62,490 nucleotides of DNA from the NCBI GenBank assembly GCA_002780005.1, contig PEWV01000013.1, positions 1-62,490 on the forward strand, in the 5' to 3' direction. Shown here one piece after another: positions 19,327-29,714 of this stretch. Under the pieces are notes generated by a model. That model made no database searches and was not told where the DNA came from. It was given only the letters and a program-made list of their open reading frames with translations. The DNA comes from Candidatus Aquitaenariimonas noxiae. Its GTDB lineage: Bacteria > Omnitrophota > Gorgyraeia > Aquitaenariimonadales > Aquitaenariimonadaceae. Both the position numbers and the translations under genes were made by a program. Position 1 is the first letter of the stretch. The number at the start of each line of letters is the position of its first letter.

Positions 19327-19938
19327 ATGATAAATATAGCGGTATTATGCTCCGGAAACGGCTCCAATTTCCAGGCGCTGGCAGAATCTATAAATAAGGG
19401 GTATATAAAAAATGCGAAAATAGCTGTCATGGTAACCGATATCCCGGGTTGCTTTGCCAGAGAACGAGCTAAAAAATTAGGCATTGATACGCTGATTGCA
19501 GAGCGGAAAAATTTCAAGACTAAAAAAGATTTCGAAAAATACATTATAGACGAACTGAAGAAAAAGGATATAGGTCTCGTTGTGCTTGCAGGCTACATGA
19601 GGATGCTGGGCCAGGAATTTGTAAAAGAATACAGAAATAAGATCCTCAATATTCATCCGGCCCTCCTGCCTTCTTTTAAAGGCACGCAAGGAATAAAGGA
19701 TGCCCTGGACTATGCCGTCAAGGTGACAGGCCCTACAGTTCATTTTGTGAATGCAGAAATGGATCAGGGCCCTATTATAATTCAAGAAGCTATAGAGATT
19801 GAGGATACCGACACAGAAGGAACGCTTGCCCCGAGAATTCACGAAATCGAGCATAGAATTTATCCGAAGGCTGTAAAATTATTTGTGGATGGCAAACTGA
19901 AGATATCCGGACGAAAGGTAATTGTAAAAGATGAATAA
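19327..19938 (+). CDS. purN: Phosphoribosylglycinamide formyltransferase
   Basis: SGNGSNFQA, LAGYMR, NIHPALLPSF, DQGPII. Confidence 0.97.
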   Translation: MINIAVLCSGNGSNFQALAESINKGYIKNAKIAVMVTDIPGCFARERAKKLGIDTLIAERKNFKTKKDFEKYIIDELKKKDIGLVVLAGYMRMLGQEFVKEYRNKILNIHPALLPSFKGTQGIKDALDYAVKVTGPTVHFVNAEMDQGPIIIQEAIEIEDTDTEGTLAPRIHEIEHRIYPKAVKLFVDGKLKISGRKVIVKDE

Positions 19939-21160
19939 TAACGACATGGTGGACGTTTCTATAGTCGGAGGCGGTCCTATAGGCATCCACACCGCGATCA
20001 GGCTCGCAGACGCTGGTATAGGGGTGACAATAATAGAAGACGATTCTATCATTGGAGAACCCAGGTGGTGTACCGGGCTTATAAGCGAGGATGTATTTGA
20101 TATATTTGATATTTCAAGGGATTCCCTGCAGAATAGGCTTTTTTCAGCACGTGTAATATCCCCGCTGGGAAATGAAATGAAATTTGTTAACAGGCGGATG
20201 AAAGCATGCATCATAGATAGGACAAAATTTGACCAGGAGCTTTACAATAAGGCTAAGAAAAAAGGAGTAAGATTTTTATTAAGCACTCACTGTTTTGACA
20301 TAGAAAAGAATTCTTCACATATCAAACTATCCCTTAAATCAAACAATGAACCCTCTTATCTTTACGCAAAACTTTGCGTTTTGGCCACCGGGATAAAGTA
20401 TGATCTACACAGCAAAATTGGTCTGGGACAACCGAGCCAGTTCTTAGATTCTATACAATCGGAATTTTCTACAAAAGATGTTGAAAATGTCGAAATATAT
20501 TTAGGAAGCGTTTTTGCCCCGCAGTCTTTCGCATGGGTTGTCCCAGTAAATTCCGGCGTGTCAAGAATAGGAGTGAGCACAAGTTCGAATTCATATAGTT
20601 ACCTTATGAAACTGTTAGAATCAGATTACCTTAAAGACCGGGTTGTTAAAACAGATAAGCCAAAAATGGTTAAACGGCCTATTCCCGTGGGCACTATAAG
20701 GAAAACATTTGCCGATAGAATATTAGTTATCGGCGACGCTGCCGGGCAGGTTAAACCTATAAGCGGCGGGGGTATTTATTACGGGTTGATCAGCTCAAAC
20801 ATAGCATCGGAAGTTATTATAAATGCGTTTAAAAAAAGCCGCTTTGACGAAAACTCCTTGTCAACTTATGAAACCCGCTGGAAAAAAAAAATAGGTTTTG
20901 AACTAACGATAGGGCTGTGGTTGAGGGATTCTTTTAGCAATTGCACCGACGAGCAGATAGATTCTTTGGTGCAGTTATGCAGCCAGCCGAATATTTTGAG
21001 TGTTTTTCAAAAATATGATTATTTCAACAGTCACTCGAAGCTTTTCAAGACACTTATAAAAAAGCCGGCATTTTGGAGCACTATTTATAAAATATACAAA
21101 ATTTTGAGCGGTGAAAGCAATATAAACATGGAGCAACAGATGGAAGCAATTATAAAATAA
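19931..21160 (+). CDS. Geranylgeranyl reductase family FAD-dependent oxidoreductase
   Basis: IVGGGPIG, CTGLIS, DRTKFDQ, FAWVVP, IGDAAGQVKPISGGGIY. Confidence 0.9.
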   Translation: MNNNDMVDVSIVGGGPIGIHTAIRLADAGIGVTIIEDDSIIGEPRWCTGLISEDVFDIFDISRDSLQNRLFSARVISPLGNEMKFVNRRMKACIIDRTKFDQELYNKAKKKGVRFLLSTHCFDIEKNSSHIKLSLKSNNEPSYLYAKLCVLATGIKYDLHSKIGLGQPSQFLDSIQSEFSTKDVENVEIYLGSVFAPQSFAWVVPVNSGVSRIGVSTSSNSYSYLMKLLESDYLKDRVVKTDKPKMVKRPIPVGTIRKTFADRILVIGDAAGQVKPISGGGIYYGLISSNIASEVIINAFKKSRFDENSLSTYETRWKKKIGFELTIGLWLRDSFSNCTDEQIDSLVQLCSQPNILSVFQKYDYFNSHSKLFKTLIKKPAFWSTIYKIYKILSGESNINMEQQMEAIIK

Positions 21161-21175
21161 AAAGGAGGAGAGTAA

Positions 21176-22716
<1,541 letters not shown>

Positions 22717-22724
22717 AAAAAGAG

Positions 22725-22753
22725 TTGCATCACGCAATATATAGTGTTATAAT
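22725..22753 (+). promoter_or_regulatory. Sigma70-type promoter upstream of the structured region and tRNA-fMet
   Basis: TTGCAT-17 bp-TATAAT with TG extension. Confidence 0.65.
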
Positions 22754-22754
22754 G

Positions 22755-22927
22755 ACACTGGTTACACACAGGGGGATGTAAAATTTAGAAGCTTAGTTCT
22801 TTGATTATAAATACCTTTTAGGAGAGGATGAATATTAAGAAGGAAAACGACGTTTTCTTTCTTAAGAAAAACAAGGTCACTAAGACCTTTGTAGCCAGTG
22901 TGCACATAGTACACCCCCTAAAGGTAT
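22755..22927 (+). ncRNA. Candidate structured non-coding RNA of unknown family with a possible double pseudoknot
   Basis: Complementary pairs 22755-66/22890-901 (12 bp), 22770-80/22910-19, 22792-803/22872-84, 22811-18/22920-27 and hairpin 22835-65 (14 bp); wobble pairs are G-U on the + strand. Confidence 0.5.
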
Positions 22928-22970
22928 CGTATAAATTAACAGATTATTCAGTAGCACCGACGTTTTTCAC

Positions 22971-23047
22971 TGCGGGGTGGAGCAGCCTGGTAGCTCGTCA
23001 GGCTCATAACCTGAAGGCCGTCCGTTCGAATCGGACCCCCGCTACCA
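22971..23047 (+). tRNA. Initiator tRNA-fMet(CAT)
   Basis: Cloverleaf with anticodon loop CTCATAA, mismatched 1:72 pair (T:T), acceptor GCGGGG/CCCCGC, encoded CCA. Confidence 0.95.
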
Positions 23048-23109
23048 ATTTTTTATTTTATTATATTGTAAGCTATATAACGTGAACCAAATGAAGGAGG
23101 TGGAAAACA

Positions 23110-23511
23110 ATGACATTTGAAAGGATATTGAAAGAAAAAAAGGTTTATTTTGTAATGTTACTCTTGACATTGTGGTTTAGCTGTATCCCTTCCCCGTCAT
23201 TTGCTCTTCCGGTCAGCTCATGCGAGCAAGGAGTAAACCTCTCGCAAGATAAGGAAATTATAAATTCATTTCTCGAGCAAGAGCTGGTGGTTAAAAAATT
23301 AACCGACATGGGCCTATCTAAAGAGGAAATAAGTTCTCGATTAGATAAATTATCAGACACGCAAATTCATGCCTTAGCCATGAAGGTGGAGAGAATAAAG
23401 GCCGGCGGCGATGGTTGGGTGATACTGATCGTAATTATAGCACTTATCGCTGTAATCTTCTTCCTTCTGACACATGAAGTGACGGTAGAGCGCAAGGATA
23501 CCCGTAGGTAG
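23110..23511 (+). CDS. PA2779 family protein (signal peptide, conserved helical core, AGG motif, C-terminal TM)
   Basis: L..MGLS.EE...RL..LSD.QIH.LA......AGGDG followed by a hydrophobic helix; adjacent to a C39 peptidase. Confidence 0.8.
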   Translation: MTFERILKEKKVYFVMLLLTLWFSCIPSPSFALPVSSCEQGVNLSQDKEIINSFLEQELVVKKLTDMGLSKEEISSRLDKLSDTQIHALAMKVERIKAGGDGWVILIVIIALIAVIFFLLTHEVTVERKDTRR

Positions 23512-23530
23512 AAACATCCGCTTTTGAAAC

Positions 23531-24700
23531 ATGCAAAAAGGATCGCCAAAGATATTGCTTTGTCTCGTGTTATGTCTCCTTGTTACCAGCGGGTGCGGAA
23601 CATATACAAAAACAAAAGCATCTTCAGCCGCTTATCTTATAAACGGCTCTATAGGTAATGCGGATTCGCATTACTACATACAAAACATCCCTTTTATTAA
23701 GCAAAAGGGCAACTTATGCGGTCCGGCCGCGTTAAGCTCAATCCTTAAATACTATAACAAAGACATATCGCAGGAAGAGATAGCGCGCAGCATATATCTT
23801 ATTCCGGTGCACGGCGTATTGAATATAGACCTTGAGAATTACGCCAAAGACAGAGGATTCTGGACGAATGTATCTTACGATAAGGATTTTACAAAACTAA
23901 AAGAAAATATTAAAAGAGATCTCCCTGTATTGGTCCTGGTAAGGTCTTCCCATATCCCATTTAAGAAAACGTATCATTACCTGGTAATTTTAGGTTACGA
24001 AGACGCCGAAGAAATATTTATCGCCCACTCCGGAGACCAGGCGAACGAGTCGCTTCACTATAAAGATTTCTTAAAAAATTGGGCAGAAGCTGATTATTGG
24101 TCTTTGGTAATATGCCCCAAAGAAAAGGTGAATTGGGATTTAGACGCTCAGGAGTATAACAACCTGGGCTTGATCTTTGAGCAGGAAGACCAGCTGGATA
24201 CCGCTATAGAAAAATATAAAAAATCTCTCGAGAAGTTTGAAAAACCTGAAACACTTTTTAATTTAGGGAATGCGTATCTAAAGAGCAAAAAATACGAAGA
24301 CGCCATTTTTTATTACAAAAGAACCCTAGAACTAGACCCAAACTTTGCCGATTGCTATAACAATCTGGCTTATACATACATGGAAAAAGATCTGGATCTC
24401 GACGAAGCCATAAAATATGCAAATCAGGCGCTGCAACTAAAGCCGGCAAATAAGATGTATTACCTGGACACCCTTGGCATGATTCAATTTAAGAAAGGCC
24501 TCTTTAACGATTCTATCAAGTCTTTTGAAGACGCCTCGGAGTTTGCAGCCGATAAAAAGATAGGCTCTATGATTTATTATCACCTGGGTATGGTGAAGTT
24601 AAAAGCCGGTTTGAATGAAGAAGCTAAAAAGGCTTTGCAGAAATCTTTAGAACTGGACCCGCAAAGCGAGGCGCAAGAAACTTTAAAGGGCTTACTATGA
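23531..24700 (+). CDS. C39-family cysteine peptidase lipoprotein with C-terminal TPRs (PA2778-like)
   Basis: Lipobox TSGC, PFIKQ..LCGPAAL, HYLVILGY, several TPRs. Confidence 0.85.
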   Translation: MQKGSPKILLCLVLCLLVTSGCGTYTKTKASSAAYLINGSIGNADSHYYIQNIPFIKQKGNLCGPAALSSILKYYNKDISQEEIARSIYLIPVHGVLNIDLENYAKDRGFWTNVSYDKDFTKLKENIKRDLPVLVLVRSSHIPFKKTYHYLVILGYEDAEEIFIAHSGDQANESLHYKDFLKNWAEADYWSLVICPKEKVNWDLDAQEYNNLGLIFEQEDQLDTAIEKYKKSLEKFEKPETLFNLGNAYLKSKKYEDAIFYYKRTLELDPNFADCYNNLAYTYMEKDLDLDEAIKYANQALQLKPANKMYYLDTLGMIQFKKGLFNDSIKSFEDASEFAADKKIGSMIYYHLGMVKLKAGLNEEAKKALQKSLELDPQSEAQETLKGLL

Positions 24701-24734
24701 ATAAAGTAGTGATTTTAGAGAAACGAGGTAGGGT

Positions 24735-26027
24735 ATGATCGAAAGATATACGTTGCCAAAGATGGGAGAAATTTGGGGCGAAGAGAATAAATTTAAAAAG
24801 ATGTGTGAGATCGAAGTTCTCGCGTGCGAAGCCCTCTCTAAACTAGGCAAAATTCCTAAAACTTCATTATATAAAATTAAGAAAAATGCCCGCGTTGACA
24901 CCGACAGGATAAAAGAGATAGAAAAAAGCACAAAACACGATGTGGTAGCATTTTTAGTTGATCTATCCGATAAGATAGGCCCCGAGGCAAAATATCTGCA
25001 CATGGGGCTTACATCTAACGATATATTAGATACCACTCTCGGTTTGCTTATGAAAGAATCAAGCTCTCTTCTTTTGGATGACCTTAAGCAATTGGCCAGG
25101 GCTTTAAGAAAGAAAGCGAAGGAACATAAATATACGCTTATGATCGGCAGGACGCACGGGATCCATGCCGAACCTATTACCTTCGGGTTAAAATTAGCTT
25201 TATTTTATAGCGAAATGGAAAGGAACTACGAACGTCTTTTGAATGCCAGAGATGCCGTAAGCGTCGGCAAAATATCCGGCGCGGTCGGTACGTATGCGAA
25301 CATAGACCCTTCCGTGGAAAAATACGTGTGCAAAAAATTAGGCATTGAAGGGGCTAAGATTTCAAATCAGATCATCCAGAGAGACAGGCATGCCTATTTT
25401 TTATCAGTTTTAGCGCTAATAGGGTCATCGCTTGAAAAGATAGCCGTTGAGATCAGGCACCTGCAGCGCACAGAGGTCGGTGAGGCTGAAGAATATTTTT
25501 CAAAAGGACAGGCGGGATCAAGCGCCATGCCGCACAAAAAGAATCCGATTACATGCGAAAGGATTGCCGGACTTTCAAGGATCTTGAGAGGCAACGCTAT
25601 GGCCGCCTTTGAGAATATTCCGCTCTGGCATGAAAGAGACATATCCCACTCATCCGTAGAAAGGATAATAATACCGGATAGTACGACATTGCTGGATTAT
25701 ATGCTTAACACAATGACGGATTTAATAGAAAAATTAGTCGTGCATGAGGATGTCATGTTGAAAAATATCGGCAAAACAAACGGTTTGATATTTTCTCAGC
25801 AATTTCTTATTAAACTGATGGAAAAAGGATTTCCCAGAATGGTCGCCTATGCGATAGTGCAAAAATGCGCCCTTAAGGTATATGAGGAGAAAAAACATTT
25901 TAAGGAAATTATTTTGGAGAACGGGGATGTTTTAAAAGCGTTGTCTCCGGACGAGATAGAAAGTTGCTTTGATTTGAAACATCACACGAAATATGTGGAT
26001 AATATTTTCAGAAAAGTAGGCATATAA
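24735..26027 (+). CDS. purB: Adenylosuccinate lyase
   Basis: MIERY, HDVVAF, GRTHGIHAEP, GSSAMPHKKNP. Confidence 0.98.
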   Translation: MIERYTLPKMGEIWGEENKFKKMCEIEVLACEALSKLGKIPKTSLYKIKKNARVDTDRIKEIEKSTKHDVVAFLVDLSDKIGPEAKYLHMGLTSNDILDTTLGLLMKESSSLLLDDLKQLARALRKKAKEHKYTLMIGRTHGIHAEPITFGLKLALFYSEMERNYERLLNARDAVSVGKISGAVGTYANIDPSVEKYVCKKLGIEGAKISNQIIQRDRHAYFLSVLALIGSSLEKIAVEIRHLQRTEVGEAEEYFSKGQAGSSAMPHKKNPITCERIAGLSRILRGNAMAAFENIPLWHERDISHSSVERIIIPDSTTLLDYMLNTMTDLIEKLVVHEDVMLKNIGKTNGLIFSQQFLIKLMEKGFPRMVAYAIVQKCALKVYEEKKHFKEIILENGDVLKALSPDEIESCFDLKHHTKYVDNIFRKVGI

Positions 26028-26029
26028 AA

Positions 26030-26752
26030 ATGGGCCCTGAAGCGAAAAGAAGTGAATTGATTTACGAAGGAAAAGCAAAAAAACTTTATAAAACAGACGA
26101 TCCAAATCTCTTGGTGCAGGAGTTTAAGGACGACGCTACGGCGTTTGGCGCCACAAAGCACGGCATAATAAACCAAAAAGGCGTTATTAATAACAGGATC
26201 TCGGAAATTGTTTTTAAACTTTTGGAATCAAAGGGTGTAGCGACACATTTTGTGCAAAGATTAAGCCCGAGGGAAATGCTCATAAAAAAAGTGAAGGTAA
26301 TCCCTCTCGAAATTACCATACGCAATATTGTCGCCGGAGGCATGGCGAAGTTACTCGGCCTTGAAGAAGGCCTCATATTAAAAGAACCCGTTTTAGAATA
26401 TCATTATAAAGAAGACAACCTTCACGATCCAATGATCAACGAATATCATATAAAGGCTCTCGGGTTAGCCAATACGGCGGATTTAAAAGTTATTAATTCC
26501 GTGTCTTTTCAAATAAATAATATACTTAAAAGCTTTTTTGACAGAAAGCATCTAATTCTGGTGGATTTCAAATTGGAATTCGGCAAGCATAAAGGTAAAA
26601 TTCTTCTGGGAGATGAAGTATCTCCCGATACATGCAGATTGTGGGATAAGACTACAAAAGAAAAACTCGACAAAGACAGGTTTAGAATGGATCTTGGCGG
26701 AGTAGAAGACGCTTATCATGAAGTCTTGCGAAGATTGGAGGTCGGTAATTAA
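26030..26752 (+). CDS. purC: SAICAR synthase
   Basis: YEGKAK, FKDDATA, DFKLEFG, SPDTCRLWD, DKDRFR. Confidence 0.98.
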   Translation: MGPEAKRSELIYEGKAKKLYKTDDPNLLVQEFKDDATAFGATKHGIINQKGVINNRISEIVFKLLESKGVATHFVQRLSPREMLIKKVKVIPLEITIRNIVAGGMAKLLGLEEGLILKEPVLEYHYKEDNLHDPMINEYHIKALGLANTADLKVINSVSFQINNILKSFFDRKHLILVDFKLEFGKHKGKILLGDEVSPDTCRLWDKTTKEKLDKDRFRMDLGGVEDAYHEVLRRLEVGN

Positions 26753-27759
26753 TGGGAAAAGTTATAACTTATAAGAAGTCCGGAGTCGACATAGATAAAG
26801 CGGATAGATTTATCGACGCCATAATACCGATTATAAAAACTACCAAAAGACCCGAACTTTTAGGAGATATAGGCGGATTTAGCGGTTTGTTTAGACCGAA
26901 TTTTAGAAAATTTAAAGATCCTGTCCTTGTAGCCTCAACAGACGGTGTGGGCACTAAGGTCATGCTTACAAATGTGATAAAAAAATACGACACTGTCGGG
27001 ATAGATCTGGTCGCTATGTGCGTTAATGACATTATAACCTGCGGCGCCGAGCCGCTGTTCTTTCTCGATTATTTCGCTACAAGCGCGATCGAGCTTACTA
27101 AATCAGTTGCGATAATGAGAGGGATAGTTGAAGGCTGCAGGCAGGCAAATTGCGCCCTCATAGGAGGCGAAACGGCCGAGATGCCGGGATTATACCCAAA
27201 AGAAGAATTCGATCTGGCCGGATTTTGCGTTGGGATTGTGGATAAAAATAAGATCATAACCGGGGACTCGGTTAAAATAGGCGATGTTATTTTAGGCATA
27301 GAGTCAAGCGGCCTGCATTCAAACGGCTTTTCCCTCGTTAGAAAGGTATTCACAAAAAATGAAATTTTGAATACGTCTTTAAAAAGAGAATTATTAAAAC
27401 CTACTATAATATATGTAAAACCAATACTTGATATTTTGAAAAAGGTAAATGTAAAAAGTATCGCTAATATAACAGGCGGCGGGTTTTATGAAAATATACC
27501 CCGGGTTATCCCAAAGGGCGCGGCCATTATTATAAATAAAAATTCATGGATGATGCCAGCTATATTTAAATTGATCCAGCGAAAAGCAGGTGTTTCGGAT
27601 AGGGAAATGTATAGAACGCTTAATATGGGGATCGGAATAGTCCTTATCTTGAGCAAAAACGACGTATCTAAAACAAAAAATATACTTTTAAACCACAAAC
27701 TAAAGTCTTGGGTTATTGGTGAGGTCATTCGGGGTAAGCAGGAAGTAATTATAGAATGA
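26752..27759 (+). CDS. purM: AIR synthase
   Basis: TDGVGTK, GIDLVAMCVND, GGETAEMPG, SSGLHSNGFS. Confidence 0.98.
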   Translation: MGKVITYKKSGVDIDKADRFIDAIIPIIKTTKRPELLGDIGGFSGLFRPNFRKFKDPVLVASTDGVGTKVMLTNVIKKYDTVGIDLVAMCVNDIITCGAEPLFFLDYFATSAIELTKSVAIMRGIVEGCRQANCALIGGETAEMPGLYPKEEFDLAGFCVGIVDKNKIITGDSVKIGDVILGIESSGLHSNGFSLVRKVFTKNEILNTSLKRELLKPTIIYVKPILDILKKVNVKSIANITGGGFYENIPRVIPKGAAIIINKNSWMMPAIFKLIQRKAGVSDREMYRTLNMGIGIVLILSKNDVSKTKNILLNHKLKSWVIGEVIRGKQEVIIE

Positions 27760-27893
27760 AAATCACAAATTACAATATACAAGCCACAAACAATATACGA
27801 TACCAAATGACTGAAACTACAAATAGGTGTTTTGGTAATTGGAATTTCGAATTTGTGATTTGTTTGTAATTTGGGATTTATGGTTTGTGATTT
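27760..27893. repeat. Imperfect palindrome of degenerate heptamer repeats (AAATYAC...GTRATTT)
   Basis: AAATCAC AAATTAC AATATAC AAGCCAC ... GTAATTT GGGATTT ATGGTTT GTGATTT; terminal AAATCACAAA/TTTGTGATTT; sibling at 33070-33193. Confidence 0.85.
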
Positions 27894-27908
27894 ATGAAGG
27901 GTTTTTCT

Positions 27909-29249
27909 ATGAAAGTATTAGTTATAGGTTCAGGCGGCAGGGAGCATGCGATAACCTGGAAAGTTTCACAGTCAAAAAAAGTTAAAAAAATATATTGCGC
28001 CCCTGGTAACGGAGGCATGGCCCAGATTGCGGAATTGGTAAATATAAACGCAGAAAATATCGAGGGACTTTTAAAATTCGCTAAAGAGAACAAGATAGAC
28101 CTCACCATTGTCGGGCCTGAGACGCCTCTTGTCTTGGGGATAGTTAATAAATTTACAGCAGCCGGCCTGCGCATATTCGGACCCACTAAAGAAGTAGCCA
28201 GGCTTGAAGGCAGTAAGGTATTTTCTAAAAAGATAATGGCGGAATTGGGCGTCCCGACCGCAGATTTCCAAATTTTTAATAATACAGAGGATGCGATCAA
28301 GTATATTGAAAAAAAAGGCGCCCCGATCGTAATAAAAGCAGACGGATTATGCGGCGGTAAAGGCGTTATTGTGTGCAAGACTATTGCTGAGGCAAAAGGG
28401 GCCGTAGAGGCGATTATAAAAGATAAAAAATTCGGCGCTGCCGGAGAACAGATTGTTATAGAGGATTGTTTAATAGGGGAAGAGGCTTCAATAATAGTTA
28501 TAAGCGACGGGAAAAATGTGGTTCTCCTAGCTTCAAGCCAGGACCATAAAGCTATATATGACGGTGACAAAGGGCCTAATACGGGAGGAATGGGCGCGTA
28601 TTCGCCGGCGCCTGTGATTACGGATGATTTGTTTAAAATTATCATGAAAGATGTTATCTATCCGGTTATAAAAGGACTCGCGGATAAAAGCACTCCTTAT
28701 AAAGGCACTCTTTACGCCGGGCTCATGGTCACAAAAGACGGCCCAAAGGTCTTGGAGTTTAACGCTCGATTCGGAGATCCCGAAACGCAGGCTATATTCC
28801 CGCGGTTAAAAGATGATATAATAGAATTGATGGAAGCTTCTATCGATGGGACCTTAGGAAAAAAGAAATTAAATTGGAATAAAAAACCTTGCGTAAGCGT
28901 AGTTGTTGCCTCCGGAGGTTACCCTGAAAAATATGAAAAGGGCAAAGTGATAAATGGCCTCGAAGAGGCCGGCAAGACCAAGGATGTAGTTGTTTTTCAT
29001 GCAGGAACGGTGCTAATAGAAGACAAGAAAAACGGAACCAAAAATTTTATTACAAACGGCGGTAGAGTTTTGAATGTTACCGCCTTGGGCAATAATGTTA
29101 AAGATGCGATTGAGCGCGCGTATGCAGCCCTTGACAAGATAAAGTTTGACAAAATGTATTATCGTAGGGATATAGGCTATCGTGCCATGAATAGGAAAGG
29201 CGGGGATGGTTATGAGAAAGAATCTTGTCTCAGTAATTATGGGAAGTGA
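27909..29249 (+). CDS. purD: Phosphoribosylamine--glycine ligase
   Basis: GSGGREHA, GPNTGGMGAYSP, EFNARFGDPE; start placed at MKVLV. Confidence 0.98.
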   Translation: MKVLVIGSGGREHAITWKVSQSKKVKKIYCAPGNGGMAQIAELVNINAENIEGLLKFAKENKIDLTIVGPETPLVLGIVNKFTAAGLRIFGPTKEVARLEGSKVFSKKIMAELGVPTADFQIFNNTEDAIKYIEKKGAPIVIKADGLCGGKGVIVCKTIAEAKGAVEAIIKDKKFGAAGEQIVIEDCLIGEEASIIVISDGKNVVLLASSQDHKAIYDGDKGPNTGGMGAYSPAPVITDDLFKIIMKDVIYPVIKGLADKSTPYKGTLYAGLMVTKDGPKVLEFNARFGDPETQAIFPRLKDDIIELMEASIDGTLGKKKLNWNKKPCVSVVVASGGYPEKYEKGKVINGLEEAGKTKDVVVFHAGTVLIEDKKNGTKNFITNGGRVLNVTALGNNVKDAIERAYAALDKIKFDKMYYRRDIGYRAMNRKGGDGYEKESCLSNYGK

Positions 29250-29712
29250 TTCTGATTTACCTGTTTTGAAGGGAACGATAGAAACATTGAAAAATTTCGG
29301 CGTAGGATGCGAAGTAAAAGTTCTATCGACCCACAGGACGCCCGACGACGTTATAAAATATATAAAAGGTACCCCAAAAAAAGGCATCAAATTGATAATA
29401 GCCGCAGCCGGAGGCGCGGCGCATCTCGGCGGAGTGATCGCGAGCCATACTATTTTGCCCGTGATAGGGATACCGATCGAGACAGAATCTCTAGAAGGGC
29501 TGGATTCTCTACTTTCAACCGTTCAGATGCCGGTCGGGATACCCGTAGCGACCATGGCGATAGGGAAAGCCGGTGCAAAAAATGCCGCGATTTTCGCTGT
29601 TCAAATACTCGCGATAGAAGATAAAACTTTAGCAAAAAAAATTGTCTCTTTTAGAGGAAAATTAAGAGAATCCGTGTTGTCGAAAAACAAGAACTTAAAA
29701 ACCAAGATATAA
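29212..29712 (+). CDS. purE: N5-CAIR mutase / AIR carboxylase
   Basis: IMGSDSD, HRTP, AAHLGG, DSLLSTVQMP. Confidence 0.97.
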   Translation: MRKNLVSVIMGSDSDLPVLKGTIETLKNFGVGCEVKVLSTHRTPDDVIKYIKGTPKKGIKLIIAAAGGAAHLGGVIASHTILPVIGIPIETESLEGLDSLLSTVQMPVGIPVATMAIGKAGAKNAAIFAVQILAIEDKTLAKKIVSFRGKLRESVLSKNKNLKTKI

Positions 29713-29714
29713 AA

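Noticed and set aside
22755-22927. tmRNA, retron msr-msd or HDV-like ribozyme identity for the structured RNA
   Set aside because: No TTCGA T-arm or CCA end, no reverse transcriptase nearby, and helix and loop sizes do not fit the HDV core
22828-23085. 85-aa ORF with a nearby AGGAG
   Set aside because: It runs through tRNA-fMet and the structured region, the SD spacing is very short, and it has no recognisable motifs
27760-27893. CRISPR array interpretation of the periodic repeats
   Set aside because: Units are degenerate 7-mers with no spacers, and no cas genes are in the window
27878-28645. 255-aa minus-strand ORF, and the many similar short antisense ORFs in the track
   Set aside because: Fully antisense to well-supported housekeeping genes such as purD
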